A DNA stretch of 64,000 nucleotides from Harriotta raleighana (lineage: Eukaryota): NCBI GenBank assembly GCA_050575255.1, contig JBNZDD010013732.1, forward strand, positions 12,168,172 to 12,232,171. The letters run 5' to 3'. Both the position numbers and the translations under genes were made by a program. The notes below the pieces were generated by a model. It searched no databases. It was not told where the DNA came from and saw only the letters and a program-made list of their open reading frames with translations. Within the stretch, counting starts at the first letter, position 1, and the number at the start of each line of letters is the position of its first letter. Positions 36,241-50,052 of this stretch are shown here, one piece after another.

Positions 36241-38465
36241 TCAGTGGTCCAGAGTATCAAAGGGTAAGGCACAATAAAGCACTATATCAACTGCGGGTAT
36301 AAGACACTATATCAACTGCAAGGAATTTATTATATTATTATATAGGGAAAGAACTTTCAGCAGCAGAGTCCTATAATTACAAACCCAGCTGCGATCATCA
36401 GCTGGTCAAGCAGATAAAATGCACTTTAATTGGTATTGCTCCTTCATGGAGCTATATTCAACCACTACTGTTGGCAATCCATCAATTGGAATTATACATG
36501 GATTTTTTTTCTTTGGATATGATTGAAGTGGAGTGATACACCTGCCTCTCGCCTGGCACTTCCTCCTTTAAAAAGAACATACTTAACCTGCATAGACCCC
36601 CATTTGTTAGGCATCGCTCACTGTTGGGATTATTTCAAAACTGATCTGAAGACAGAATGGGCCATCTCGGTGCACTGAATTCATCCTTTCATAAAGTTAA
36701 CTCAACGGTCTGCGTTAGCTGGTCTCAGTTGGAGCAGTTGGAGGAGAGGATGCAGAATGGAATTCAATGCCCCTGCATTAGGAAAGGCAATTCAACCAGA
36801 TCATTTGCCCATGGTCAATATACAGTGGTCCCTCCTGGCATGTGTGTCAATGTCAGAATGTCAGGACTGGTCTCTCAACTGTGGTGCCCTCACAATCGAG
36901 TTTTCTCACTGTCTAGACTTCCACATGGAGAACAGCCTCTTGGATAAGGGTACATTGTGTTTACTGGCGTACAGCTTCTTCATAAGCAACAGTAGAAAAT
37001 TGATCCTTGTTTCACAAATTATTTTTTAAAAACCTTCAGTTTAGATTGATTGTGCTTGTTAAATAGCAGGAAAGTGATTCACTTTGTGGTTAAAGGGATG
37101 TTCAGTGGCTTGCATATTAATGGATTGCAGTCATACATAAGTTCAGCTGTTGTGGATTTTATTATTCAGTCAATTTTTACAGTATATGAGAGAAGCCAAG
37201 CTCACAGCTAAAGACCAAAAATACATTTTCAAATTGGTTTTCCTATTACCACGAGGCCTGCAGCTGTCCTCTTTAGACCCTGATCTGAATGAGCACATGT
37301 ATCACTCTTCATCATTATTTATTGGTTTGCTGATTTTTTTTGTGGTGCAATCTTCCCACTCTATTTCCCTTCAAACCCCCTGAGTTTGTTGCTCAGCTTT
37401 GACACCAGACTATTTGGTCTCAATAGGTTAGTCTAAATGCTGTATGCACAATTGGCTAACTATTACAACCCAGTTGTTTTTGTAAAAAAGATAAAACTTC
37501 AATTCCAGTAAATATATCTTTTCTAAATAAACAGCAGAACACAAATCCACATTTGAAGGCATTTATTTTGATTGCCCGTAATTGAAGCACAGCCTTCAAT
37601 GTAAGCTCTCCCAGAATTGTAACATCCCCCCTGAGCTCTGNTTCTCATTTGATGTAAGCTCTCCCAGAATTGTAACATCCCCCCTGAGCTCTGCTAGTGC
37701 ANCAATGTAAGCTCTCCCAGAATTGTAACATCCCCCCTGAGCTCTGCTAGTGCATTGTGACACATGGTTCTTTTATCATTCCTGCCTCTTAAAATGCCTC
37801 ACCAGTTTCCAATAGTTTGTCCAACAACAACAAATTACATTTGCATTGCGCCTTTCATGTCAAGAGGACATCCCTAGGTGCAGGATAGTCAGGGAACCAC
37901 CCAAGCTAGTGGTTGGGATCAGGAGAGGTGGAGGGCAGGGAAGGTAAGAGGAGATGGAGGCTGACCAAAGACCTGGTCGTAGAGGAGGGTCTTGAGACGG
38001 GTCTAGAAGGAGGCAAGGGAGGGGACTGTGAGGGATTGTGGGATGGAGTTACATACTGAGTCACTCACTGTCAAAACCTGCTCATTGAGGCAACTTATGC
38101 TTGTCAGTTAAAGTTGGCAATAACTTTGTGTGTTTCTTGTTGCACATCTTACCTGGAAAGATTTTTCTGACAAACATTAAACCTCAAATTTACACAAACC
38201 ATGACAAATATTAGTTTTCTTATTGCTCTTTGCTTGTACTGTCTGATCATTTCCTGCAATATATTTTACTTTAGAATGGAACAACTCCAATGGCAACATT
38301 TCTCTTAATTTCTGTCACTCAGATATTCGTGATTTTAGCATTTAAATATATTTTTGGCAAAATAGCTAAGAAAAAACATGGTCACTGCACTTTATAGTAA
38401 AATGTGAATTGCTTTGAGATGTCCTCCTGATATGAAAGAACATATTTCAAATTGAATAATTATTA

Positions 38466-38692
38466 CAGGCAGTCCTCAAGTTACGACGTTCCGAGGTATG
38501 ACAATTCGAAGTTGCGACGCTTAGTATCAGTAAAATTACGTCCGAGTTACATCCAAAGTCTCGAAGTTACGACACTACAACCAATCACTGTATGTTACTG
38601 TAAGCATTATAGGGGGTGACTCGACTTACATACAAATTCGACTTACACCACATCTTAGGAACCTAACCCTGACGTAACTTGAGGACTGCCTG
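38466..38692. mobile_element. 227-bp Tigger5/MER47-like MITE
   Basis: Perfect 20-bp TIRs CAGGCAGTCCTCAAGTTACG / CGTAACTTGAGGACTGCCTG with TA on both sides, and internal cgacttac/gttacga repeats. Confidence 0.92.
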
Positions 38693-41600
38693 TATTATAA
38701 TTTTAATGATGGTAAGCATAGCATGTCCTTTAACTGTGCCATTGCATTAAATGCAAGGATTACTGGATTACAATTGTATTGATAACACTTTTGTAACAGA
38801 TTGCCTCCACATAATTAATTTTGATTTGTTTTTAAAATACGGTCCCTTCCTTCTTCATCACAGGGAGGAAATAGCTGTATGGTGCGTGCAAAGCCATTTC
38901 CTCCAGGGTAGAATTTCAGCACCTTGCCATGAAGGGTTGCTGGAAGTCGATATAAATTAGACAACAGCTCTTGATTTCCTAGGACAAAATTGCTCCTGAT
39001 ACCATTAAACAGAGAAACGCTGCCTCGGGTCACTGCATCTCCTCTATCCAGTCTCTCCTCTGCCTCTCCTCACACTGCCTCTCCCCAGTCTCTCCTCAGC
39101 ACTTCATCACCCCTTGGCCTCTCCTGAGGCTGAGATTGGTATCTCATCATCTGGAGTATACTGATGTCTGATCATCAGGACCTGGAAAGGTAGACCAGTC
39201 ACAGGGGCAGGCAGGAAGTCATTCCACTCAGTTCCTGTTAATCATGCAAGCTATGGTTACAACACTAATAATTTACTTTTATATGTCTCCCCTCACGCAG
39301 TGTAGTGTCCCTGAATGTCCCAGAGCACCCTAATGGGTAAGTTGGAACTAGTTGGACAACCAGCCGGAAAGTATCAGCTCCTTACAGTACGATTTTAGCT
39401 GGTTAGACTCCAACATTACCCAAAGGCCCTCATTGGGGTAACAAAGCCTTGGCTATTGCCAACCTACACTTAATATATCCTGGAATTACATAAGCGGGAT
39501 GCATATCTCTAGGGAGTATACATTCCCTTACAACAATCTTCTTTCTATGTGTACGTGGGAATTCTCAGGTGGTTTACATACTCTTAAGCATCATGATAGG
39601 TTTCCACCTGTTTCAGACATGTGGGTGACCCCCCAAAAAGAGTATAATGGACAGGAGAAGCCTGTGGTCCTAGCCCTCGCTGGACTGTTTCCATGCTCTG
39701 TATTAACCTGCCATGCAGGCATGTTTAAATAATATATTTTTAAAGTTTGAGACAAACTCCAGAGTTCTCAGAAATTCTATTCAATCGCTTTGAAATTAGC
39801 TGTGGAAAAATTCAAGCTATTTCAGCATTTGCAAGAATTTGGTAATCCTAGGACTATTATATTCTCATAAATGCTAACAAAGCTTGAATTTTTCCATAGC
39901 TCATTTCACAGATGCTACGGCGTAAGTTTCAACAAGCAGTTTAACTTGGTTATTGTGACTTGAGGCCGATGAAATGTAAGAATATAATTTAAAACAAAGA
40001 AGTCTGAACCTCAGTTCAGTTTGAGGCATGGAACAGCATCAGAGTAACTGGTGAACAGCCACTTTCTAAGGTCAATATGTTGCTTCAAAACTTCAAACCA
40101 GATACAGCTCCGGGTTTCTGAGCTACTGCTTTATCAGCCAGGCTTTAACAAGACCCAGACAGCTGTGAAGAGTTTCTGCTGTGGGTCGCCCCCAGTTAAC
40201 TGATTCCTTACACTATGAGCCCTGCCACAACTGATGATTCACGGGCCTGGAATGTAGCACATGGAAGCCGGGTTCAACTGCTTCGCGCTGAAGAGTGGAA
40301 CCAAAACAAAAAGACGGCTCGCGTTTTATCAGCAGCTGTTTTGTCTTTGATTGTGTCCTGCTTTGAGATGTAAGACAATTATGACTTGCTTCCGCTAGCT
40401 CAGACATCCACTCTCCACCACTCAGGCTTTTGTCGTTATACAAATGTAATTTTGTTGTTGTTGTTTTGAATGAAACACCCTAGCCTTGCCCTCGACTCAG
40501 TCACAGCACTGGCCTGAACAAAATGTTCTTTGCTATACACTAATGATATAGTTACGGCTGCAAATTTTGTGCATCTTAATCTTGGCTAGAATGATAACCT
40601 CAAGGCTGTTTGAGGGCATTGCTTGGCTGTCGAATTTGCCAATCAATCACAGTAACTACACATTAGGTAAACCGTGTGAAATGCTTTGAGACATACCGAC
40701 GTGCAATGCATTGTATCAGATGTAAGGATTTGTTTTATTAATGTGGTAGCCAGATAACAACAACAACGACTTACATTTATATAGCGCTCTTCCTATGGGG
40801 CAGGGTTTCGGACTGCTTAACACATTCATTGGTTCATAACATAACAGGTTCATACACTGATGTGTGTAATTGGCTCCCTTTTTGTGCCCGCAAAATACAG
40901 TCATTGCACTTTACAGTGAATCCTGTGAAGCGCTTTGATACTTCTTGAAAACATGATATGGTCCTATATCAAATGCAAGGATCATCATTATTATTACTAT
41001 TATTATTGCTGGTGGTGATTCCACTATGGTCTTGTTAAGTCACATTTATCATCCAACCCCTTTTTAGCCAGATGGTAAACAACATTTTGTCGTGTGGCAA
41101 AATGTTGAATGAAAAGAACTCGAGCGAAAAAGGGATAAGAAAAGGCAGGTAGAGCTTAAGTTGCTAAAATAAATAAATAGAAAAGTAGGTGGAGGAGTTC
41201 CTCCAGCGTGGCAGGATTTGAAACCATAGAAACCATCGAACTATTTAAATTTACAGCACAAAAGAAGGTCATTCTGCCCATCGTGTATGTGCCAGCTCCT
41301 TTAAAGGTTTGCTGTAGAACTAGTGGAAAACGATTAACTAAATGCTCTGGCTCTGCTTTGTTATTTTGCCTTCATGTTGAAACCATAAAACATCAGACTG
41401 GAATGTAAGCAGAACACTGTGAAGTTTTTAGACTAGCAAAGGCACTGTACTTTGAAGCAATGTACCCCTACCCCTACACACACACATATAGACACACACT
41501 TGACTCTAAAATAAAGTAAATGCAGATTTACAATAAGGCTAAAAACAATTTACCAGACTTGATCAGGAGTCAAACCTACAACAGTACTTGCCCCATATAT

Positions 41601-41949
41601 GGTAAGAAACGAAGTGCTAGAAGCTCAATGACAACTGAAGTGGAGATTCCTTTACAGTTTGTGAGGAAGGGAGCCTAAATATTTATAGTAGCCAGTCCAG
41701 AGACAGTTATGTGCAAATTCAGTGCTATTGAACAGAAGATTTTAACTGCCAGTGCTAGCGAAGCTGAACTTCACGTTAACAGCAAAGAAGGAGATCATTT
41801 GCCCCATCATCTGACAGAGCTGCAGATTTGCAGGCTGCTCTCAACAAAATCTAGACTGCAATTTGCTCTGAGCAGAACTTCTAGGGGTCAAGTGGAATAG
41901 GAATTCCACATCAGGAATAGCTAACACTATGGAGGTCTCGATCACACCC

Positions 41950-42560
41950 AAACCTTTGTCCAAGTTAGCTAAATAGCTGAATAAATAAATCTATATTGGG
42001 TGTTTAGTCAGCTGGATAGAACCTTGCCCAGACTTCTCTGGGTGGTGTGTACAATGCTATTTACTCACAATGTTTTGAGATGCGGTTTTTATTCAGCGCA
42101 ATACGATTGATAATGTATGGCTAATGCTAAATCAAATTCTGCTGATAATCTACAGAGAAGGCATACTACTAAAATTAATCCCATTGGATGCCTTTGATTT
42201 ACAGAGAAAAAGCAGCATGAAGTTCAAATCTTAAAGCTATTCCCCTGATCCTCCTAAAGTGAGAATGTGTAATTGGGTGTGTTGCTTTTGATCTAGTCCG
42301 GCCCACTTGGCTTCACTCAGGTTTCACTCGAGTGTCAAGCAAAACACATTAGGCTCTGAGTTCCATTCCTGGGTGGAGAAGGGCATAAGGACATTTCCAC
42401 TCCAGTGTAACATTATTGGCAGTGGAGCAAACAAGACAAGCAATGTGCTTTTCGATAGATTCATTGAATGGATTGTGACTACAATGGAGTAGCTCTGATC
42501 CTTAGAGGGAAATTTCAGAAGTCTCCCAAGCCAAGCCACATAATTAGCATAGTGCACTAA
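41950..42560 (+). mobile_element. L1-type RT core relic
   Basis: FIQRNTIDNVWLMLNQI (GF+.GR.I.DN), IPLDAFD (ISLDAEKAFD) and LGSEFHSWV (FG.G..FI.WV), in the expected order. Confidence 0.5.
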
Positions 42561-43739
42561 TATCCTTTATTACTTTGATAGTTTTATCAGTTACAATTGT
42601 GTGTATATCCTTTTTATATTGAAGTTATAGATTAGCTTTGATAGCTTGTTGTATCACTTCAGACTGTCGAATACACATCTGGACTTATTTTGCTAAATAA
42701 TTTTGAAATTCCAGGTAAAATTGCAAACCTTCACTGATTTTATAATAATAATAATTGATGCATTTGATATGGCGTCTTTTCACACAGTTTAGATGTCTCA
42801 ATGTGCTGAACAGAGTATATTATAAAGTGGATTGATAGTATATTTTGTGAGTATTATATTTCACTTGTGGCTAGTTTTACTTTGGTACAATCTCTTTTGA
42901 GAAGAAACACAAATCAATTCTCGTGCTTATATAGTCTAAGGGAATTTCATTCCCATGTAAAAGCTACTTATTATCCATATCCTATGCTATGATTACCTTC
43001 ATAGTGAAAATGTGTTCACCTACAGAAGAAAGTCACTACACTTTAAATGTATCCAATAAAGCACTTTGAGAAAGGTGCTATATCAAATGTAAAGATTCTT
43101 ATTATTTTCACAAATTAACTTAGTCTTTGGTTGATTAACACATTTTAAAAACAGCTCTGTGGCATTTGTTGACTGAAGCTTTAGGATTTATGTGCCATTC
43201 ATCATTCTAATTGGAGAAGTTTGTTAACATTAAAACAACAACAACAAAATTACACTTCAGGAGCACATTCCAAGGGCGCTGAAATTTGGTTGAAGAGGAA
43301 CTTAGCAATATCACTCAGATTCATAACAACAGTTGTGGGCAAATGTACTGAATGTGAACTCTGCTATCAGAGGATGTAGAATGGCAACTGAATAATATTC
43401 CTGTATCTATCTAATCAACTGAATATACATACTATCTATCAGCTAGAGCTTAATTGAAGTTGTCTGGTCAACTATAGCCTATATTTGTATCCATGTAACA
43501 CTAGAGCATAGATGGTACATTTGCTAAGACTTCAAAGACTTCAAAACCAGACCACCAAAGTTACTTGATCCTCAGATCCCAGGAAGGTAGAATGTTCTGT
43601 ATGGATTCTCATACCTTCATCTTTGGTTCAGCACTATGAATGGTTTGATTACAATTGCAGGATGTCTCCATCATCTAATCCCCCAAGCATCTTCACACCT
43701 GAACTTGCCCAATATCTCTGCAACTACCCTCAGCCACAT

Positions 43740-44238
43740 GCACCCCAGCTCCTGCCACCAGGAGTGGATAGAGGGGCTTCACTGGCTCCCTATCCCAAAG
43801 AGGATTTATTTTAAGATCCTCACACTTGTCTTCAAATCCCTCTAATCCTCTGCACCCCTCTACCTCTCTGACCTCCTCTCTCCTCAAACCAGCATCCGTC
43901 CCTTTGCTCCACAGAGTCTGGTGGAGCGAAGGAACGGGTGCTGGTTTGCTGGTGCCAGGTCTCCTCCATGTCCCCCGAATTCTCCGCTCCACCCTCGGCA
44001 GCCATGCCTTCAGCCGCTATGCCCCAAGGCTCTGGAATTCCCTTCCTAACTCCCTTCACCTCGCCCCTTCTTTTCCCAGCTTCAAGTCCCAGCTGAAGAC
44101 TTTTCTCTTTGACCACACCTTTGGTCACCTTTCTACCCCTGCCCCTGGCTCGGTCCCTGGATCCACTATTGTAAAGCGCTCTGAGACATCGTCTGGCGTG
44201 GAGGGTGCTATATAAATCAAAGTTGTTGTTGTTGTTGT
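43740..44238 (+). mobile_element. L2 3' fragment
   Basis: LHWLPIPKRIYFKIL, AFSRYAPRLWNSLP and FKSQLKTFLF, with a (GTT)n tail. Confidence 0.88.
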
Positions 44239-44554
44239 CCCATTTACATTAGCAGAGAGTACTATCTGAACCTCTATTGAGCTTCATTATCTTCTCAACT
44301 CTGTGTTGATCAGCTGAATAACTTTCTATCTTCAGCAAATGCACCATCTACCCTCTAGCTGACATTACACATATTTTTGTAGTTCCTTGACTTCCTGCCG
44401 CTGTTGCAGACCTGATAGCAAACAGACCAAGCCATTCGTCTTTTACTTTCCCAGTAGTTCCCACTTGGTCTTGAACAATCTCTTGCATCATATGTGTTGT
44501 GGTTGGACAAAAGTCTTAATGTGAGCAAATCTTCCAAGGGTACAGAATTTTACT

Positions 44555-44812
44555 GACTCACATGGTAGCATTCTCATCTCTGAAGCAGAAGATTGTACAG
44601 TCAAGCCACACTTGAGAGTTTGAACTCATATAAGTCTAAGGTGATACTCTAATGCAGTGCACGGGGGATTGTTGCAGTGTTGGAAGTTCCGTTATTCAGA
44701 TTAGATGTTAAACTGAGATATTTTTCAAGTTGACATTAAAGATTTCATGGCAGTATTCAAAAAGAGAGGGTAATTTTCCCAATATCCTTGCCAATATTCC
44801 CTCAGATAACAA
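44555..44812 (+). mobile_element. Old SacSINE1/AmnSINE-like Deu SINE
   Basis: ggtagcattctcatctctga...tgcagtg..gggg..tg.tgca.tgttggaag..ccgt...cagatt.gatgttaaactgag...gacattaaagat..catggca follows the SacSINE1 layout. Related copies at ~55543-55800(+), 53345-53610(-), 26810-27130(+), 35030-35315(-). Confidence 0.7.
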
Positions 44813-44817
44813 TGGGT

Positions 44818-44995
44818 TATAAGAACATAAGAGCATAAGAATTAGGAGCAGGAGTAGGCCATTCGGTCCTTTGAGCCTGCCCCGCCATTCAATTAGATCA
44901 TGGCTGATCTTCTGACCTAACTCTAATTACCTGCCCTATCCCCATATCCCTCTATTTTTCAAAAATCCATCAGTCTCAGCTTTGAAAATGTTCAA
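44818..44995 (-). mobile_element. CR1 LINE 3' end
   Basis: ataagaacataagagcataagaattaggagcaggagtaggccattcgg is the reverse complement of a shark-type CR1 3' terminus with an 8-mer tail. Confidence 0.8.
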
Positions 44996-46899
44996 AATAA
45001 GGTTATTCACCTTATGACTGGAGTTTCATGGCAAGGGAAGATCATGGAGTCTTGTAGTATAGTGGTTAGCTCACTCACCTCACATGAAAGTGGGCCCGGG
45101 TTTAATTCCTGGGCAGGGCGAATTAGGCAACTTTCCTTAGACAAGTTTTCTTACTGCCCACACCTATATGAAGCGCTTTGAAATGTCTTGAAGACATGAT
45201 AATGTGTTATTATCATTACTATGTACAACACCCTGTTGGTGAAGTGGTTCTCAAAGGTTTAATAATAATATCAGTCTGTGGATTTGATATAGAGCCTTAT
45301 CACGTCGTTGGATGCCTCAAAGCACTTTGCTGAGAATACAGTACTGTAAATTGAATTGACTTTATATCTTATGAGCGAAACATGGCAGCACATTGTACAC
45401 AGCAGTGTCCCACAAACAGTTTTGGATTGAAGTGACCAATTTATTATCATTATTATTTTTTGTTTTGAGGAATTATTCCCAAGTTATTATTTTTTAAATT
45501 TATTTATTTTTGAGGGATTATTGCACCCAAAATTTTAAACGCGAATCATTCACACATCACTTTGCAATAAATTAAGAGGAAATGGAAAAAGAATGTAATT
45601 GGTATAAAAACAATCAATTTCAACATGTAGGAGGGAGAAGGGAATAGAGGGGAATGGGGAGCGGACAAAGAGAGGGGTAAAGAAAGGGTGAAGGCTCATT
45701 GATAGTACAAATGCTGGCACAGACTAGTCAGGCCGAATGGCCTGCTAAGGGCATTGCACTGTGCTTATAGTAAAGAGTTACTGGAAATTGAGACCCAGCC
45801 TCTCTACTGACAGCATGGCCTCTTGTTGTACATACATGGTGAGCAACTGTAGCATTTACACTAACACTGATCTGTTGGACAATTAAGCATTCCTGGCAAA
45901 ATCTACGTTCTTACTCTGTTAGCTCACGGGTGCTGTTTTGCAAAAAAAAAATCTTGCTAAATTCCACAAAGAATTTGGGGTGAAGAACTGCATACTTTGA
46001 AAGTATTTACCTTCAAGTGCATAGCTGTAAAAAAAAAAGCAAAGGTTGGGTATTTCTCACAATCTTTAATACCTAAAAATCAAAAGCTCCATGCAGTAGT
46101 TTACCCCATCGATTGAACTTACTCCATCCTTGAAAGGTTACATTTTATCAGCAGAGATAAGTTGCCAACTAAACTTTTATACAGACATTGAGAGCTCAGA
46201 TATGGTGCAAGTGATGTCCACTGAGACTCCAATCCAGCTCTTTCTCAATTTAACACACATTGCCCATACAACCTCATGTATCTTTAATACCCAACTTGCC
46301 TACAAAATAGATCTCAAAGCATCACAAAGCTGACAAGACTGAGACACTCAGCCACCTTGTTATATGTTCATGAAGTAGTTTTGATTCACTAACAAATCCA
46401 AAGAAGACCCCTGAGACGTTATCTGTCTCACAAAAGCCAGCAGCTTGGCCTTCAAATTGACACTCAAAACACTAAGGTAATGTGCATCATATACAAGAGC
46501 AGGTAATGGGCACATTGGTATGTATAGAGGGAAGCCAGAGGTCATCTCTGCATTAAAATAACTGGGAGCCTATCATCTCTGATGATAACAAAAGGAAACT
46601 TCAATTTTACACAATATTGAGTTGAAATGTCTCAAAGCCCATCAGTAGTGAATGTAGTTAAATCCCACGGCTAGTTTTGTTGGTTGTCAGAAGATCACAT
46701 CAGAATAATCAGGCTGACCACACACCCCGTTACTTGTGTGATTTAACATTTGCAGCTATTGCCTGGGCTTTCAAACAATTGGCTTACCCTCATCTCTGCA
46801 ACACCACAACAATGTCTGCCTCAACCACTACCTATCCCCGAGTGACTGAAACCCTGAGGCCACACTCTTTCCTCAGTACTTATGTTGCATCTGCTCTCT

Positions 46900-47310
46900 G
46901 TCTGTTCAAGATCCTCACTCTTGTGTTCAAATCCCTCCACTCCTCTGCACTTCCCAATGTCTCTAACTTCCTTTCTCCTCATAGCAGTACCTGCTGCCTT
47001 CGCTCTATAGGTCCGGCCTCTTCCTTGTCTCTTGAATCCTCCGCTTCACCATTGGTGCCCGTGCTTTTAGCCACTAGACCCCGAAACTTTGCAACTCACT
47101 TCCTCAATTCCTTCACCTCAACCGCTCCTTTCCCATCTTCGGGTCGAGCTTGAAGATCTTTTCTTTCGACCACGCCTACAGTACCTTCCCCCTCCCCCTG
47201 GCTGGGCCTCGCGCTCCACCACTGTGAAGCGCTTTGAGACGTCGACCAATGTGTAGGGCTCTATATAAATGCTTTTGATTTATATAAATATATAAACTTA
47301 TTGTTGTTAT
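46900..47310 (+). mobile_element. L2 3' fragment
   Basis: FKILTLVFKSLH and an L2-type 3' stem-loop/tail. Confidence 0.75.
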
Positions 47311-48565
47311 GCCTTCTGTGCCCACACACCCAGCGGCTCTCCCCCCACTCCCAGTGCCGCGACCCTCTGCCCACCTGAGCCCGGACCTACTTTTTCACTC
47401 TCCCACCCTGTTCATTAATTCTCACTTCGATTCCTAAGTAAAATATCATCAGCCTGACATATCTATTTGTTACACATTTGTTCATACTTCTCTTCCCACC
47501 TCTGAATACATTATACTTGCGAGTTATTTTGTTTAACGCAATCTTCTCCTCCCAATTGTCTCCCTATGTTGTTCTCCTTTAAACAATACAGTACTGTGAA
47601 GATGGTGCACAGGATCTTAAGAAGTGTGCCTGGAAGTGGAATGATTTAATTCACTCTTATTCCCTTTGCCAGATTGCATCTGAAGACTTTCGTCCGTCAT
47701 CGTGGCTGCAATCACCTCCGCTTTTCTCTCCGCCATTGTTAAGTGATCTAGGACACTTCCCCATGTGAAGGCAATCTATAAATGCAAGTTGCCATTGTTG
47801 TTATTGTTTGCGCACTGTAACGTTGCATATTGTGCCGCAGTTTGAACAGTACTGTGGAAACCAGTGCAGTTAAAATCTTCCATTCAAAGGCTAACAAATC
47901 ATAAAACTGTCAAGTACTGCCTTATAACAGCATTCTTTCCCCATGACTGGAGCCAAAAAAAGGGCAAATTGAGCAGAAAATACTTATGGGCTTAATTGCG
48001 TATTTTATAATCAAACCGCATACAAATATGTGGACATCTACTAATCAAAGCGTTCCAAAGGCAAGCTCATGTCTATCAAATATCTTTGTCACAGAAACAG
48101 TACTCCGATCTCTGGTCAAGGTGACATTTGGGCTTGCGAACTGTTCCACATCCTCACAGGACTTGGGCTGAAAACTGGGATTGCTTGTTGCAGCGGGTCA
48201 GAAGGCACACTCTACTGCATTTGAGTTGAAATCAAAAGCATCCAGATAAAGCTTTACCAGGTGGAGTCCCATAGTGTAGTGGCCTTGCAAGCAATCGCCT
48301 CACAAGGAAGAGGACTGGTGTTCGATTCCCAGGCGGGTCAAAATCTTAGTCACATTTTCTTACTCCACATGCCTAGCAGTAAGTAGGAACCCAGTTGTTA
48401 GTCGATTAGTGGATTGCTTTCTGCGGTTAATAATCCCTCAAAAAACAATTGGAGGTTACTCAATCCATGACTGTTTCTGGGACCCTGCGCAATTGGCTGC
48501 CGAGTTTCACCCACAAATATAGAGTCAAATCTACTTCACAATATATTTTGTGAATTGTTTTGAGA

Positions 48566-49993
48566 CAACAACAACAACAACAACAAAATGACACTTATAT
48601 AGCCCTTTTCACGTGCTGAACAGTCAGATCAGGACCCAAGCAGGGAGTGAGGGTTGGGGAAGGGGAAGGAGAGTGGGAATAGTTAGGGGGGGAACCGAAG
48701 GCGTGGTTGAAGAGGGAGGGCTTGAGACCGGCCTTGAAGGAGGAAAGAAAGGAAGCAAGGCGTAGGGCTGTGGGATGGTGTTCCATAGTGTGCGGGCAGA
48801 GAGGCTGAACGCCCGGCCACCGATGGTTGGGTGGTTAGAGCATNATTGAAGAGGGAGGGCTTGAGACCGGCCTTGAAGGAGGAAAGGGAGGAAGCAAGGC
48901 GTAGGGCTGTGGGATGGTGTTCCATAGTGTGCGGGCAGAGAGGCTGAACGCCCGGCCACCGATGGTTGGGTGGTTAGAGCATAGACGTGGAGCAGGCCTG
49001 AGTCTACTAAATGGAGTGTACGTACAGGGTGATGGGGAGACACTAGCTCAGAGAGATAGGCGGGGGAAAGGCCGTGAATGGCCTTGACAGTGAGGACGAG
49101 GATCTTGAATTCAATCCTCTGGGGGATGGGGAGCCAATGTAGATGGATGAGGGTGGGAGTGATGATTGCGAAGCCTGGTGTGGGAGAGTACATGAGCTGC
49201 AGAATTCTGAGTGATCTGCAGCCTATGAAGGGAGGAGCTGGGAAGGCTGACAAGGAGNTTGCGAAGCCTGGTGTGGGAGAGTGCATGAGCTGCAGAATTC
49301 TGAGTGATCTGCAGCCTATGAAGGGAGGAGCTGGGAAGACTGACAAGGAGAGAGTTCCCNATCTAGTGTACGTGCAGGCTGATAGGGAGACACTAGCTCA
49401 GAGAGATAGGCGGGGGCAAGGCCGCGAATGGCATTGACAGTGAGGATGAGGATCTTGAATTCAATTCTCTGGGGGATGGGGAGCCAATGTAGATGGATGA
49501 GGGTGGGAGTGATGATTGCGAAGCCTGGTGTGGGAGAGTGCATGAGCTGCAGAATTCTGAGTGATCTGCAGCCTATGAAGGGAGGAGCTGGGAAGACTGA
49601 CAAGGAGAGAGTTCCCATAGTCGAGCCTGGAGGTGATAAGGGTGTGAATGAGCGTTTCGGTGGCATGGGGGGTGAGGTAGTGGTGGAGCCTGGCAATATT
49701 GCGGAGGTGGTGGAAGGCTATGCCGGTCATGGAGCAGATGTGGGGGAGGAAGGATAGTTCGGGGTCAAACAGGACACCCAGATTCCTGATTGGCTTTGAG
49801 AGGCGGAGAGAACAGCCTTGAATACTGATGCTGTCAGTGCCTGAGGTGCAGAAGCGCTGACGTGAGCCAATCAGGAGGGCCTCCGTCTTGTTCACATTGA
49901 GCTGTAGAAAATTTGCCCTCATCCAGGACTCAATGTTGGACAGACATGCAGTCAGAACGCCAGAACTGGAGTCGAGGGTGCATGCAGAGATAT
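48566..49993 (-). mobile_element. 5'-truncated L2 LINE of the same family as 10670-12185
   Basis: NFLQLNVNKTEALLIG, SRLDYGNSLL and LHWLPIPQRIEFKIL, with a (GTT)n tail. Internal n-joined duplications are present. Confidence 0.92.
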
Positions 49994-50052
49994 CTCAATG
50001 ACATGATAAGGTACCGTATCAAATGCAAGGATTATTCTTCCTAATATTATTA

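Larger units (their letters stand above)
44355..46550 (-). mobile_element. Tx1-like C-terminal relic split by SINE/CR1 insertions
   Basis: LYIPM...NLKAKLLAF (~46450) and LTLRLL...DCSRPSGNYWES (zinc-knuckle-like, ~44480). Confidence 0.35.
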
